From: Candidatus Hydrogenedentes bacterium UBA2224 | GTDB taxonomy: Bacteria; Hydrogenedentota; Hydrogenedentia; Hydrogenedentales; SLHB01 | Length of the DNA: 40,264 nt | Direction of reading: 5' to 3' | Assembly: GCA_002348185.1 (NCBI GenBank) | Contig: DDYW01000063.1 | Coordinates: 3,336-43,599 of the forward strand | Shown here: one piece after another, positions 1-9,117 of the stretch | Position numbering within the stretch: position 1 is the first letter of the stretch | Layout: each line of letters opens with the position of its first letter | Translations under genes and position numbers: made by a program | The notes under the pieces: generated by a model | Database searches by the model: none | What the model saw: only the letters and a program-made list of their open reading frames with translations | Told to the model about the DNA's origin: nothing

Positions 1-1
1 G

Positions 2-2122
2 CACTGGCGCGCGAATCCGCGCGTGGTGGAAAAGAAAGCGGAAGGGCACTACTTCTACGATTTCGGGACGGAGATCGTCGGCCACACGCGCATCCGGGTC
101 CAGGGCCCGGAAGGTCATACGCTCGAGGTGCGTCACGGCGAGGAGCTTTCAGCGCCGGCGACGGTGCGCTACGAGATGCGCGCGAAATGCGTGTACCAGG
201 AGTTCCCCATTCTGTCCGGGCGCGACGAAACTATTGAGTTCTTTGACTACCGGGCGTTCCGGTACATGGAGGTCCTCAATGCGCCGGAGGAACCGGAGGT
301 GTGGGTGGATGTGCGGCACCATCCGTTTGATCCCGAAGCCTCCACGCTGAAGGCCGCTGACGACCTGCTGGTGAAGATCTGGCAGCTCTGCAAGAACGGG
401 GTCCAGTTTGGCGCGCAGGGCAGCTTTCTGGACTGCCCCTCGCGCGAAAAGGGCCAGTATCTGGGCGACGCCCTGATCACGGGCCATGCTCACGTCGTGC
501 TGACCGGCGACGGGTCGCTCCTCGCGAAATCCATTCAAGATTTCGCGCATTCGCGGCGGATCTGCCCGGGGTTGATGGCGGTTGCGCCGGGCAGTCTCAT
601 GCAGGAGATCGCCGAGTACTCGCTGCAATGGCCTCTGGTGCTCCGCACGTACTACGACTATACCGGCGACGCGGAGTTCACAGCGCGGATGCTGGACGAG
701 GTCTTGCCCGGTCTGTTCGGCTATTTCGAGTCGTTTGAGTCTGAGAACGGCCTTCTGGCGGGTATGACCCAGAAGTGGGTGCTGGTAGACTGGCCCGACA
801 ACCTCCGCGACGGGTACGATTACGATTACGCCAAAGAGCGCGAGAATACGGTTCTGAACGCGTTTTACTTTGCTTCCCTCGATGCGGTGGCCGGGCTGTG
901 CCGCGACCTGGACCGGGATCCGGGGCCGTATGAACGCAAGGCCGCGCAAGTCCGGGAGGCGTTTGTCCGGCATCTGCTCGACGCCGATACGCGCTTGTTC
1001 GTGGACGCGCCCGGATCCAGCCACAGTTCGCTGCACGCGAACGCCCTGCCTCTGGCGTTCGGCCTGGCGCCCGGAGAGGCCGTTCCCGCCATCGTGGACC
1101 TGATCCGCCAGAAACGGCTGAGCTGCGGCGTGTATATCGCCCCGTTCGTGATCGAGGCGTGCTACCGCGCCGGCGAACCGGAACTCGCGTACGACCTGAT
1201 CACGTCGAAAGACGAACACTCGTGGCACGAAATGCTCAAGCACGGCGCCACCACCTGCATGGAAGCCTGGGGACCCGATCAAAAATGGAACACAAGCTGG
1301 TGCCATCCCTGGAGCAGCAGTCCCGTGTACCTCATTGCAGAACGGGTGGCCGGCCTGCGGCCCGCGGAACCGGGCTGGCGGCGCATCGCCTTCGAGCCAC
1401 ACGTGCCCGCGTCGCTGGAGCACTTCGCGTTTCGCATCACCATCCCCCAGGGCACGCTTGACGTGCGCTACACCCGGGAAGACGGCTTTGCCCTCACCAC
1501 CCCGCCGGGCATTCCCGTGCGCACCGAGGTCCCGGAAGGGGTCAAGGTGGTCGTCGCCCACGCGCCACGGCCCCTGTCCGGGCAGGAGCGCGACGCGCTG
1601 GAAGCGCAGGGCTGGCGGCAGCATGTGGGTGAAGGTCCGGGCGTCTGGGTTTCCGTGGATGACCAGACTCTGCGCGTGGTCCGGGGCGACTCGATCATCT
1701 GGGAGAGCCCCTGCGCGACCGCCGAGAAGGGAACCGGCTCGGAGAAGGACAGTCTCAAGACGCCGCTGGGCTGGCACGAAGTGTTTGCCAAGACCGGTCA
1801 TGGCGCCGCCTGGGGCCAGGTGTTCCGCAGCGGCGCGCCAACCGCCGAAGTGTGGAAGCCCGGACAGGGCGCCGCGGAGGACCTTGTGCTCACGCGGGTT
1901 CTGTTTCTGGACGGTCTGGAGCCGGGCCTCAACAGAGGCGGCAACGTCGATTCCCGCGCCCGGTACATCTACATCCACGGAACCAACAACGAGGCCGCCC
2001 TCGGCTCTCCGTCGTCTCACGGCTGTGTGCGGGTGCGCAACGACGACGTCATTGCGCTCTATGAACTCGTTCCCGAGGGCGCCAGGGTGCTCATCACCGA
2101 AACCCCCCAGAGCAGTGAATGA
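2..2122 (+). CDS. Alpha-L-rhamnosidase (GH78-like) fused to a C-terminal L,D-transpeptidase (YkuD) domain; 5'-truncated by the window edge
   Basis: Frame is open from base 2 (HWRANPRVVEK...). GH78 motifs: DFGTEIVG, DCPSREKGQYLGDA, VDWP, GATTCMEAW, SWCHPWSS. C-terminal YkuD motifs: TPLG, IYIHGT...SHGCVRV. Confidence 0.85.
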   Translation, partial: HWRANPRVVEKKAEGHYFYDFGTEIVGHTRIRVQGPEGHTLEVRHGEELSAPATVRYEMRAKCVYQEFPILSGRDETIEFFDYRAFRYMEVLNAPEEPEVWVDVRHHPFDPEASTLKAADDLLVKIWQLCKNGVQFGAQGSFLDCPSREKGQYLGDALITGHAHVVLTGDGSLLAKSIQDFAHSRRICPGLMAVAPGSLMQEIAEYSLQWPLVLRTYYDYTGDAEFTARMLDEVLPGLFGYFESFESENGLLAGMTQKWVLVDWPDNLRDGYDYDYAKERENTVLNAFYFASLDAVAGLCRDLDRDPGPYERKAAQVREAFVRHLLDADTRLFVDAPGSSHSSLHANALPLAFGLAPGEAVPAIVDLIRQKRLSCGVYIAPFVIEACYRAGEPELAYDLITSKDEHSWHEMLKHGATTCMEAWGPDQKWNTSWCHPWSSSPVYLIAERVAGLRPAEPGWRRIAFEPHVPASLEHFAFRITIPQGTLDVRYTREDGFALTTPPGIPVRTEVPEGVKVVVAHAPRPLSGQERDALEAQGWRQHVGEGPGVWVSVDDQTLRVVRGDSIIWESPCATAEKGTGSEKDSLKTPLGWHEVFAKTGHGAAWGQVFRSGAPTAEVWKPGQGAAEDLVLTRVLFLDGLEPGLNRGGNVDSRARYIYIHGTNNEAALGSPSSHGCVRVRNDDVIALYELVPEGARVLITETPQSSE

Positions 2123-2168
2123 CCGGGAAGGCGAATGACGCCGGCGTCTGCGGAAGACCGGGCCTGCG

Positions 2169-4520
2169 TCACACCGCGGGGACGGGTTCGGATGTTTCTT
2201 GTGAGGGCGCTTCTTCGACCGCGGAGCTTTCGGCGTCGCCGGGCGGGGTGTCCTCGGCCAGGGGGACGGGCATAATCTTGAAGATGCGCGTCTGTCCGGC
2301 TTCGATGGGCACGGTCATGATGCGCTTTTCGGGCCATCCTACGGTGGGATCGAGGAGATCCTGCGCGTTGTAGACGCCGCCCAGATCGATGATGCGCTCG
2401 CCGCCCGTGGTGGCATGGATGGCGAGCGAGTTGCGGCCAAAGTAATAGAAGTCTTCGGATTCCGGCGGGGCGCTTCGAACGTACTGGTAGATTTCAAGCG
2501 TCCGCAGAATTTCACGCAGCAGGCCCACCGGCATGACCGGCTCCGCGCAATAGACGGATGTCCAACCCTCTTCCCCCTCTTCGTCGCCGAGAAACGCGAT
2601 GGCCACACTGGCCTTGCCGCTGCCCGAATGCGTTGCGATGACGTTGACGCCGTCGTCCTCGATGTAGAACGACGGAGACCAGGCGGTGGCATTGCCGAAT
2701 TCGGTTCCGGTTGGAATCCACACGCCGCCCAGAGTGACCACGGACCCTGACGGCACGGGTTTATCGTACGGTTTCACCTCCATTTGAACGGTGGCGGTGA
2801 TGTTCGCGGCGGCGTTAGCCTCGCCGTTGCAGTACCCGGGCGCATAGAGCCAGATCGCGGTCGCGCCGGTTTCCCGAAGCATGGTGTGCAGAACGTCACG
2901 GCTCTCCGCCGGGATATGGAATGTGTTAAGGAAGAGGTAGCACGGCGTGGCGGGCACGGTTCCCGCCAGGAGGTCGCTGAGCAGGCAAATCTGCGTGGGC
3001 ACGCCCGCGCGCATCACGTTGGCTGGCAGGGTCCGAAGCAAATCGTTGTTTATTTCCGTATCGCACACCTGGTGGAACCGGCCGGTTTCTCCCAGCACGA
3101 CCGTCATCAGACGGCTTTCGGGCCGCCCGAACGGGTCCAGTCCGTCGACCGGCTTCGCCTCGACGATCGGGCTGTACATCGCCTTGAGCGACTTGAGGGT
3201 ACTCCACGCGGCCTCGTTGGGGAATTCCGGCGCGTCGACGGGAATACGCCAGCCGAGACCCATGCCCTGGGTCACCGCGACCGCGAACACGTGATCGAGC
3301 CGTTGGCGCAGGGCTTTCGCGGCGGCCTCATCGCCGGCGGCCGCATCGGAGTGCATGAGCGAGTCATCCAGAAGGAGCCACGACTTCCCATGGTGCAGGG
3401 CACTGTGAACCGCGCCCAGGATGCCCCCGCTCTGGTCGATGTCGTACCCGTCGTACCCGGCCGGTGACACAAAGCCGTCGACCTCGCTGTTGAGCAGCGC
3501 GTTCAAGGCCGCATGGCCCGCGCAATTGGTTGTCGGGCCGAACGTCAGCCCGTACGGGGCATGTACACGGGTGTCGTGCCCTGCCATGGCCTTGATCTGG
3601 GACGCGAACTGGGCCAGCGTTTCCGCCGTGTTCTCGCTGGCATAGTCGAGGTAGTCCACGTTGGGCCGTTCCGCGGGAAACTTGTGAAATACGGTGTGGC
3701 TGTCGCCGCTGAGCACTTCTTTCGGGATCGGGGCCGTCTCCATAGCCAGGTCTTTGTTGCGCCAGGCGGCACGGAAGGCTTCGATGGTCTCATAGCGGAC
3801 CGTCAACCACGCGCGGAACGCGGCGATGTTGGCTTCCGAGCGGTCGTAGCCGCCGGGGTGCACCCACTGCCCGTCTTTCAGACAACGCAGGATGTAGCCC
3901 CGCACCTGCGCGCCCGCGGGGTCATTTTTCACGGCCGTGATCAGCGCTTCGAGACCGGCCCGGACAGCTTCCCGCCAGGGCTTCGACGCCACAGATACGT
4001 ACGGCTGGTTCTCCCCGCCGATCACCATGACGGATTCGGGATTCGCCTCAAGCCAGGCCGCGGGCGGGTCGAGCGGCACAGAGAGGACAATCTCCGCGTC
4101 AGCACAGCCATCCACGATGGCACGGATTGTGGCCAGAGCGGTGTCGGTGGAGACGCCGTGCTCGGGCCAGGGCAAGGGCGCTTCCGCGATGAACCGGTGG
4201 AACCGGACGGGCCGTTCGTCCTCACCGGACATTTCCGCGGCCGCCTGCTGCACCTGGGCGCGGAGCGCGTCCGGGGCGCCGGGTTCCAGGCAGACATAGA
4301 CCGGCGGTTCCGGCCACACCACCGGCTCGGGCGCCTCGAGGGGCGCTTCTTCGGCGCCGGGCGGCATTTCCCCTGCGCCGGTCAGGATGTCCGGAGGGGA
4401 GAAGCGCCCCGCCAGCCCGCCGGCCCAGTAGCCCAGGAGTGCCGACACGCCAATGAACACCAGAGCCAGCAGAATGTAAACATACAGAGGCCGCTGTTTA
4501 CTGTTTCCGTATTCCGACAT
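2169..4520 (-). CDS. Membrane-anchored GH42/beta-galactosidase-like protein, possibly non-catalytic
   Basis: N-terminal hydrophobic helix (YVYILLALVFIGVSALLGYW) and Pro/Glu linker. GH42-like segments PAAWLEANP and FRAWLTVRYETIEAFRAAW. C-terminal region resembles the trimerisation domain (YLFLN, IWLYAPG). Confidence 0.6.
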   Translation of the reverse strand: MSEYGNSKQRPLYVYILLALVFIGVSALLGYWAGGLAGRFSPPDILTGAGEMPPGAEEAPLEAPEPVVWPEPPVYVCLEPGAPDALRAQVQQAAAEMSGEDERPVRFHRFIAEAPLPWPEHGVSTDTALATIRAIVDGCADAEIVLSVPLDPPAAWLEANPESVMVIGGENQPYVSVASKPWREAVRAGLEALITAVKNDPAGAQVRGYILRCLKDGQWVHPGGYDRSEANIAAFRAWLTVRYETIEAFRAAWRNKDLAMETAPIPKEVLSGDSHTVFHKFPAERPNVDYLDYASENTAETLAQFASQIKAMAGHDTRVHAPYGLTFGPTTNCAGHAALNALLNSEVDGFVSPAGYDGYDIDQSGGILGAVHSALHHGKSWLLLDDSLMHSDAAAGDEAAAKALRQRLDHVFAVAVTQGMGLGWRIPVDAPEFPNEAAWSTLKSLKAMYSPIVEAKPVDGLDPFGRPESRLMTVVLGETGRFHQVCDTEINNDLLRTLPANVMRAGVPTQICLLSDLLAGTVPATPCYLFLNTFHIPAESRDVLHTMLRETGATAIWLYAPGYCNGEANAAANITATVQMEVKPYDKPVPSGSVVTLGGVWIPTGTEFGNATAWSPSFYIEDDGVNVIATHSGSGKASVAIAFLGDEEGEEGWTSVYCAEPVMPVGLLREILRTLEIYQYVRSAPPESEDFYYFGRNSLAIHATTGGERIIDLGGVYNAQDLLDPTVGWPEKRIMTVPIEAGQTRIFKIMPVPLAEDTPPGDAESSAVEEAPSQETSEPVPAV

Positions 4521-5358
4521 ATTCCGCGAGCGCCTTCAATGCGGCCGCTTCGGCGCCGAACACGTTCAGCGCCGCGGTCGCGTTTGCCACGAGTTCTCTG
4601 ACCCTCGTCTCCGCGCCCGCAACCCCGAGGTGTGTCGAGAACGTGGTGCGTCCCGCATCTTCGGGGGCGTGACCGGCGTCGAGGAGGTCATCGGTTATCT
4701 GAAATGCCAGACCCAGGTTCAGGGCATACGCCTCGAGGGCCTGGAGCTTATTCGGGTCAATATCGAGAATGCTGGCGGGGATGCGAACCGCCGCCAGGAA
4801 CAGCGCGGCGGCCTTGTGCGTATAGATCTCGGTCAATTGGTCGAGCGTCGCGCGCTTCTGGCGTACGGTTAGGTCCGCGTGCTGTCCGCGTACGATGCCT
4901 TCGTGGCCAATGGCGTTCGAGAGCTGCGCAATCACCGGGGCCGCCGGACGCCCGCGCCGGTCCGCATTGTCCGCCACAAGACGGTAGGCGATGGCAATGA
5001 GGTCCATGGTGGCCAGGACGGCGGTGGATTCGCCAAATACCAGGTGCGTACAGGGCTGGCCGCGGCGGGTCCTGGCGTCGTCCATCGACGGCAGATCGTC
5101 CAGAATCAGCGAGGCGGCGTGGACGAGTTCGATCGCGCACGCGGCATCGCTCACGTCAGTCTGTTCGAAACCGTTGATCTCCGCGACCACGAGCGCCATC
5201 AGCGGCCTGAGCCGTTTCCCGCCGCGCAGCGTGCCGTAACGCATGGCGGCCGACACCTCGCACGGTTCCTCGGTCTCCGCCGGCAGGAGGCGGTCCAACT
5301 GACGCTCGATGAACGTCTTGCGTTCGCCGAGGTAGGTGGCAAGGTCAAATCCGGCCAT
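4498..5358 (-). CDS. ispA: Polyprenyl (farnesyl/geranylgeranyl) diphosphate synthase
   Basis: GGKRLRP, first Asp-rich motif LILDDLPSMDDARTRRG, GQ motif, second motif FQITDDLLD. ATG 5358 chosen because AGGA lies 7 nt upstream. Confidence 0.9.
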   Translation of the reverse strand: MAGFDLATYLGERKTFIERQLDRLLPAETEEPCEVSAAMRYGTLRGGKRLRPLMALVVAEINGFEQTDVSDAACAIELVHAASLILDDLPSMDDARTRRGQPCTHLVFGESTAVLATMDLIAIAYRLVADNADRRGRPAAPVIAQLSNAIGHEGIVRGQHADLTVRQKRATLDQLTEIYTHKAAALFLAAVRIPASILDIDPNKLQALEAYALNLGLAFQITDDLLDAGHAPEDAGRTTFSTHLGVAGAETRVRELVANATAALNVFGAEAAALKALAEYVGIRKQ

Positions 5359-5409
5359 GCGCATTTCCTGTCTTGGGGTTCCGGAGGGTTGAGCGCCGCG
5401 CGGACGCCG

Positions 5410-6711
5410 TCAGGCGCGCTCCACCCGCAGCCAGCCGCCGAAATCGCACAATTCTCCCGTCTCGTCGGCGTCGAACACATGGTGGGCGCGGAATTCGAGC
5501 ACTCCTTCGGGACAGGTCAATGTCTGTTCCGTGCGCTCTGACGCGGCCAGCCGCGCAATAACGTGGCCTCCCGCAAAGACTTCGACCTCCGCACCACCCA
5601 GCGCAGGATAGCAATTGACAAGGGTGATGCGCAACTGACCGCCTTCGCACGGCATCGTGGCGGTCCGGGAGATGGGGCGCACCTGTTCGCCATTCACGGA
5701 CCGCTCGGCATACCAGCCGTTTTCGGGCAGGTCGACGCCGGGAAAAAACAGGACATTGTGCCGGATCTGGTCCCAGAAGCGCGCGCTCGTGCCATACCGT
5801 TTTCGCGCGCGCCAGGCTTCAGGAAGGTAGGCGAGGCTGGCCCCCCACGCTTTCGCGTGGCCCCACAGTTTCCAGTACTCGCCGTCCAGAAGGCCGCGTC
5901 CGACGGATTTGAGCTCGCCCAGGAGCATCCGGGGAAGCACACGGCGCAGTTGCGAGGCCGGGAAGTTCCGCATGACCAGCCGCATGCGGTTGCGCGTGTT
6001 CAGGTAGTACTTCTGACGCCGGCGTTTCCCCGCGCCCATGGTGGCGCTGAATTTGTGGCGGATGACCGCCTCGGGGCAGTTCCACACCTCGAACCCGGCG
6101 TTCCAGATGCGCAGGCACAGGTCGAGATCGTCGAGATAGATCTGGAAATCCGGGAGCAGGCCCGCAATCCGCAGCGCGGCGCTGCGCAGGAACATGGCGC
6201 CGCCGCAGACGCCGAGCACCTTGCGGGGCGTGTTCCACCGGGGGCCATCGAGCCGACCCACGCCGATGTCCCACGACGAGCCGATGATGGAACATTCGAT
6301 GCCCAGGGAATTCAGGAGATGCGGGGCGTCGAACAGCAGCATCTTGGGCGCGAGCGCGCCGCAGGCCGGATTGGCCTCGGCGGCCAGGACGAGTTTCTCG
6401 ATGGCGTCGGAAGCGGCGGCGGTGTCGTTGTTCAGGAGGAAGATGTAGTCCGCGCCGGCGTCAAGGGCCCGTTCAATGCCCCGGTTGTTGCCCCCCGACC
6501 AGCCCAGGTTTTCCGGAAGGGCCAGGATCTCGACCCGCGGGTCGCGGTACCGTTCCCGCACAAACGTGATGGAATCGTCGCCGCTGTGGTTGTCGACCAG
6601 CACGAACCGGCAGTTCCGGTACGTGCCCGCCAGCAGGGAGTCAAAACAGTCCGCGAGATGCTCGCGTCCGTTCCAGTTGATGATCAGCGCGTATACGAGT
6701 GGATCAGGCAT
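5410..6711 (-). CDS. Glycosyltransferase family 2 with a ~90-aa C-terminal extension
   Basis: [42 protein letters not shown] and YYLNTRNR are typical of GT2 (WbbL/RfbF-like) enzymes. Confidence 0.88.
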   Translation of the reverse strand: MPDPLVYALIINWNGREHLADCFDSLLAGTYRNCRFVLVDNHSGDDSITFVRERYRDPRVEILALPENLGWSGGNNRGIERALDAGADYIFLLNNDTAAASDAIEKLVLAAEANPACGALAPKMLLFDAPHLLNSLGIECSIIGSSWDIGVGRLDGPRWNTPRKVLGVCGGAMFLRSAALRIAGLLPDFQIYLDDLDLCLRIWNAGFEVWNCPEAVIRHKFSATMGAGKRRRQKYYLNTRNRMRLVMRNFPASQLRRVLPRMLLGELKSVGRGLLDGEYWKLWGHAKAWGASLAYLPEAWRARKRYGTSARFWDQIRHNVLFFPGVDLPENGWYAERSVNGEQVRPISRTATMPCEGGQLRITLVNCYPALGGAEVEVFAGGHVIARLAASERTEQTLTCPEGVLEFRAHHVFDADETGELCDFGGWLRVERA

Positions 6712-6720
6712 GGCGGCAGC

Positions 6721-6729
6721 AGTATAGCA
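6721..6729 (-). promoter_or_regulatory. Extended -10 element (TGcTATACT) 9 nt upstream of the GT2 ATG
   Basis: Minus strand reads ctgcTATACTgctgccgccATG, with no Shine-Dalgarno between the box and the ATG. Confidence 0.5.
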
Positions 6730-6842
6730 GGGCCCGGGAGCACGGTGAACCCGGCCCCTGTCTTGGGGTAGACAGTGAATATGCCCGGGGCGTAGAGTGT
6801 ATGTCCTCCAGCGGGGAGTTGCTGGGAAGGAGGGCCTGCATC

Positions 6843-7706
6843 ATGTCACACGTCGCTGAGTCCAAGGACACGTCATTCACACACTGGAGATTCACCCCGT
6901 TGCCGCGGCCGGCCGACACCGGACAGGCGCCGCCGCCCCCTCCCCCGCCGCCGTACTACTACCAGCAACCCGTGCAGCCGCAACGGCGCACGGATACCAA
7001 CACCTGTCTCATCGTGGGCATCATTCTCGGCGCGTTGGCCATCTTCATGATCGCCGTCATGGGCATCCTCGCGGCGATCATGCTGCCTGCCCTGGCGCGG
7101 GCACGCGAAGCCGCCCGGAGAGCGTCGTGCCAGAACAACCTCAAACAGGTGGGTATCGTCTTCAAGATGTATGCCAGCGAGGCTCCCCAGCAGTACTGGC
7201 CACCGCTCAACAGCACGGACGGCACCTTCATGTTCCAGTCCGATGCCGTGTACCCCGAATACCTGACCGACCTTTCCGTGCTTGCGTGTCCCAGCGACAC
7301 GGACAACACGGTCCAGGCCGTGGATGACCACAGCTATTACTATCTCGGGTACGTGCTGACGACCGAAGACGAATTCCTGGCCTTTCTGGAGAGTTATCCG
7401 AACTTCATCGCCGAGGGCGCGGATTTCAGCCAGGACCTCCCCGCTCCACCAGGCCGCGGCTCGTTCGGGGGCGATACCTTCCTGCGGCTCCGGGAGGGCG
7501 TGTTCCAGGAAATGGGCGGGCAGCCGAGCCAGGTGCCTGTAATGTTCGATGCGGCCTCGACCTCGGGCACCGTCACCGAGTTCAATCACGTCCCCGGCGG
7601 CTGCAACGTGCTGTATATGGACGGCCACGTGGAGTTCCTCAAATACCCGGGCAAATTTCCCGTCACGCCGCAAATCCTGGAGGCCCTCGGCCAGCTGGAT
7701 CGCTAG
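6843..7706 (+). CDS. DUF1559 / prepilin-like H-X9-DG domain protein with Pro-rich N-terminus and a TM helix
   Basis: [28 protein letters not shown] and C-terminal [27 protein letters not shown] precedes ATG 6843. Confidence 0.85.
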   Translation: MSHVAESKDTSFTHWRFTPLPRPADTGQAPPPPPPPPYYYQQPVQPQRRTDTNTCLIVGIILGALAIFMIAVMGILAAIMLPALARAREAARRASCQNNLKQVGIVFKMYASEAPQQYWPPLNSTDGTFMFQSDAVYPEYLTDLSVLACPSDTDNTVQAVDDHSYYYLGYVLTTEDEFLAFLESYPNFIAEGADFSQDLPAPPGRGSFGGDTFLRLREGVFQEMGGQPSQVPVMFDAASTSGTVTEFNHVPGGCNVLYMDGHVEFLKYPGKFPVTPQILEALGQLDR

Positions 7707-7799
7707 CCCGTTCGCCGGATGGTGGCAACCGGTCCAGCATACCGGTTACGGCTCTCGTGCCTTGAACCGCACGCCCGGATCGCCTCGCTGCTTGCGTGA

Positions 7800-8029
7800 T
7801 GGGTCAAATGGACGATATGGACCTTATGGACGCGCCTGCCTGAACGCTCGCGAAGGGGTCGAATCTCAGAACATGGTTTGCTGTGTCGCGCGGGTCGCAG
7901 CCGTCTCGAGTTTTACGGAGCCGTTCAGGGCCGGCTCGTCCCTCCCATTCCTCCCATCCACCCGGTCCACCCCGTCCACCGGGTCCACACGGTCCACACG
8001 GTCCACCGCTCGTCGTTCGGCCGCCGTGC
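7800..8029 (+). repeat. Dispersed intergenic element, copy A: inverted 9-bp-period TGGAC / GTCCA arrays
   Basis: TGGAC at 7809, 7818, 7827 (degenerate TGGGT at 7800). GTCCA at 7965, 7974, 7983, 7992, 8001. Homologous to the reverse complement of 38288-38478. Confidence 0.85.
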
Positions 8030-8138
8030 TTTCCGGCCTCCATCTGCGGCAGCATCATATGCGTTATGCTTATTCAACGGTCTGAGCTATGACGGAAACA
8101 TGGATTTTCCGCGGAGCCTTCCGCTAGACTGCGGCGCC

Positions 8139-9113
8139 ATGAAGATAGCGATCCTCGGAGCCGTGTGTTTCGACGAGATTTTCACCCTCGATGGCGAGCG
8201 CCGCGAAAGTTTCGGCGGCATTCTCTACAATGCCGCCGCCTTCGCCAGTGTGCTCAATGCCGGCGATGCCGCCATCCCCTTCACCAAAATCGGCGAGGAC
8301 CGTTTTGATGATGCCATTGAGCAGTTCAAGAAACTCCCCCACGTCGAAGCGAGCGGCATCGTTCCCTGCCGCGGGCCCATGACGCATGTCACGCTCACGT
8401 GGCGGACGAATTCCTGGCGGGACGAGACGGTCCGGCACCGCATGCCGCCGTTTACCGCCGATGAACTCGACGGAATCCTGGATGCCGATGCGGTGCACTT
8501 CAACTTCATCAACGGCACGGAGATCGATCTCCAGACCTTGCGGGCATTTCGCGCAGCGTATCCAGGAATCGTCTCGCTCGACGTCCACAATCTGATCAGC
8601 CGCTTCGACGCCGACGGGAAACGCGATATCGTGGGTTTCCGACAGTGGCGCGACTGGGCCCCTTGCGTCGACGTGCTCCAATGCAATGAGTTCGAGATCA
8701 ACACGATGTTCGACCGGGATATCGCGACGCGCCAGGACTTCGCGGAGGCGGCCCGGGAAGTCTGCGAGGCGGGCCCGCGAGCCGTGACCGTCACCCTGGG
8801 GCCCGAAGGGGCGATCACGGTGCACCGAAAAGATGGCGGCGATTATCTCGTGGACATTGACGTTCTTCCGCCCGTGAAGGCGGTGGATACGACCGGGTGC
8901 GGCGACAGTTTTTCCGCGGGCTTTCTGGTGGGCATGATGCGCTGGAATGATCCGGCGACGGCGCTGGCCTGCGGCTCGGTCGTGGCCGGGGTGAACGCGC
9001 GGTGCCGCGGCATCGGCCAACTCGCCGAGGCGAAACGCCTCCTCCGGGAGCCGCGCCGCCATTTCGCAGTGTTTGAGGGCAAACCCGCGACCTGGCCGGG
9101 CGAGCGACTCTGA
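8139..9113 (+). CDS. PfkB/ribokinase-family carbohydrate kinase
   Basis: N-terminal ILGAVCFD...FGG, CNEFE, VTLGPEGA and the PfkB signature AVDTTGCGDSFSAGF. The upstream in-frame extension runs through the repeat and is taken as spurious. Confidence 0.9.
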   Translation: MKIAILGAVCFDEIFTLDGERRESFGGILYNAAAFASVLNAGDAAIPFTKIGEDRFDDAIEQFKKLPHVEASGIVPCRGPMTHVTLTWRTNSWRDETVRHRMPPFTADELDGILDADAVHFNFINGTEIDLQTLRAFRAAYPGIVSLDVHNLISRFDADGKRDIVGFRQWRDWAPCVDVLQCNEFEINTMFDRDIATRQDFAEAAREVCEAGPRAVTVTLGPEGAITVHRKDGGDYLVDIDVLPPVKAVDTTGCGDSFSAGFLVGMMRWNDPATALACGSVVAGVNARCRGIGQLAEAKRLLREPRRHFAVFEGKPATWPGERL

Positions 9114-9117
9114 GGCG

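Noticed and set aside
149-2020. Other long antisense ORFs (149-2020, 10281-11861, 14719-16614, 25855-28611, 29307-31142, 35769-38069, 38202-40262)
   Set aside because: Each mirrors a well-supported gene on the opposite strand and shows no family motifs.
7800-8029. Possible CRISPR array in the periodic repeats (also 38288-38478 and the 34-bp repeats)
   Set aside because: Units are 5-bp cores with 4-nt spacers, not 23-47-bp repeats with unique spacers of similar length. No cas genes are present.
7878-8138. His-rich N-terminal extension of PfkB (PVHPVHRVHTVHTVH), and similar short ORFs at 38053-38641
   Set aside because: These are translations of the 9-bp GTCCA repeat. The PfkB fold starts at Met 8139.
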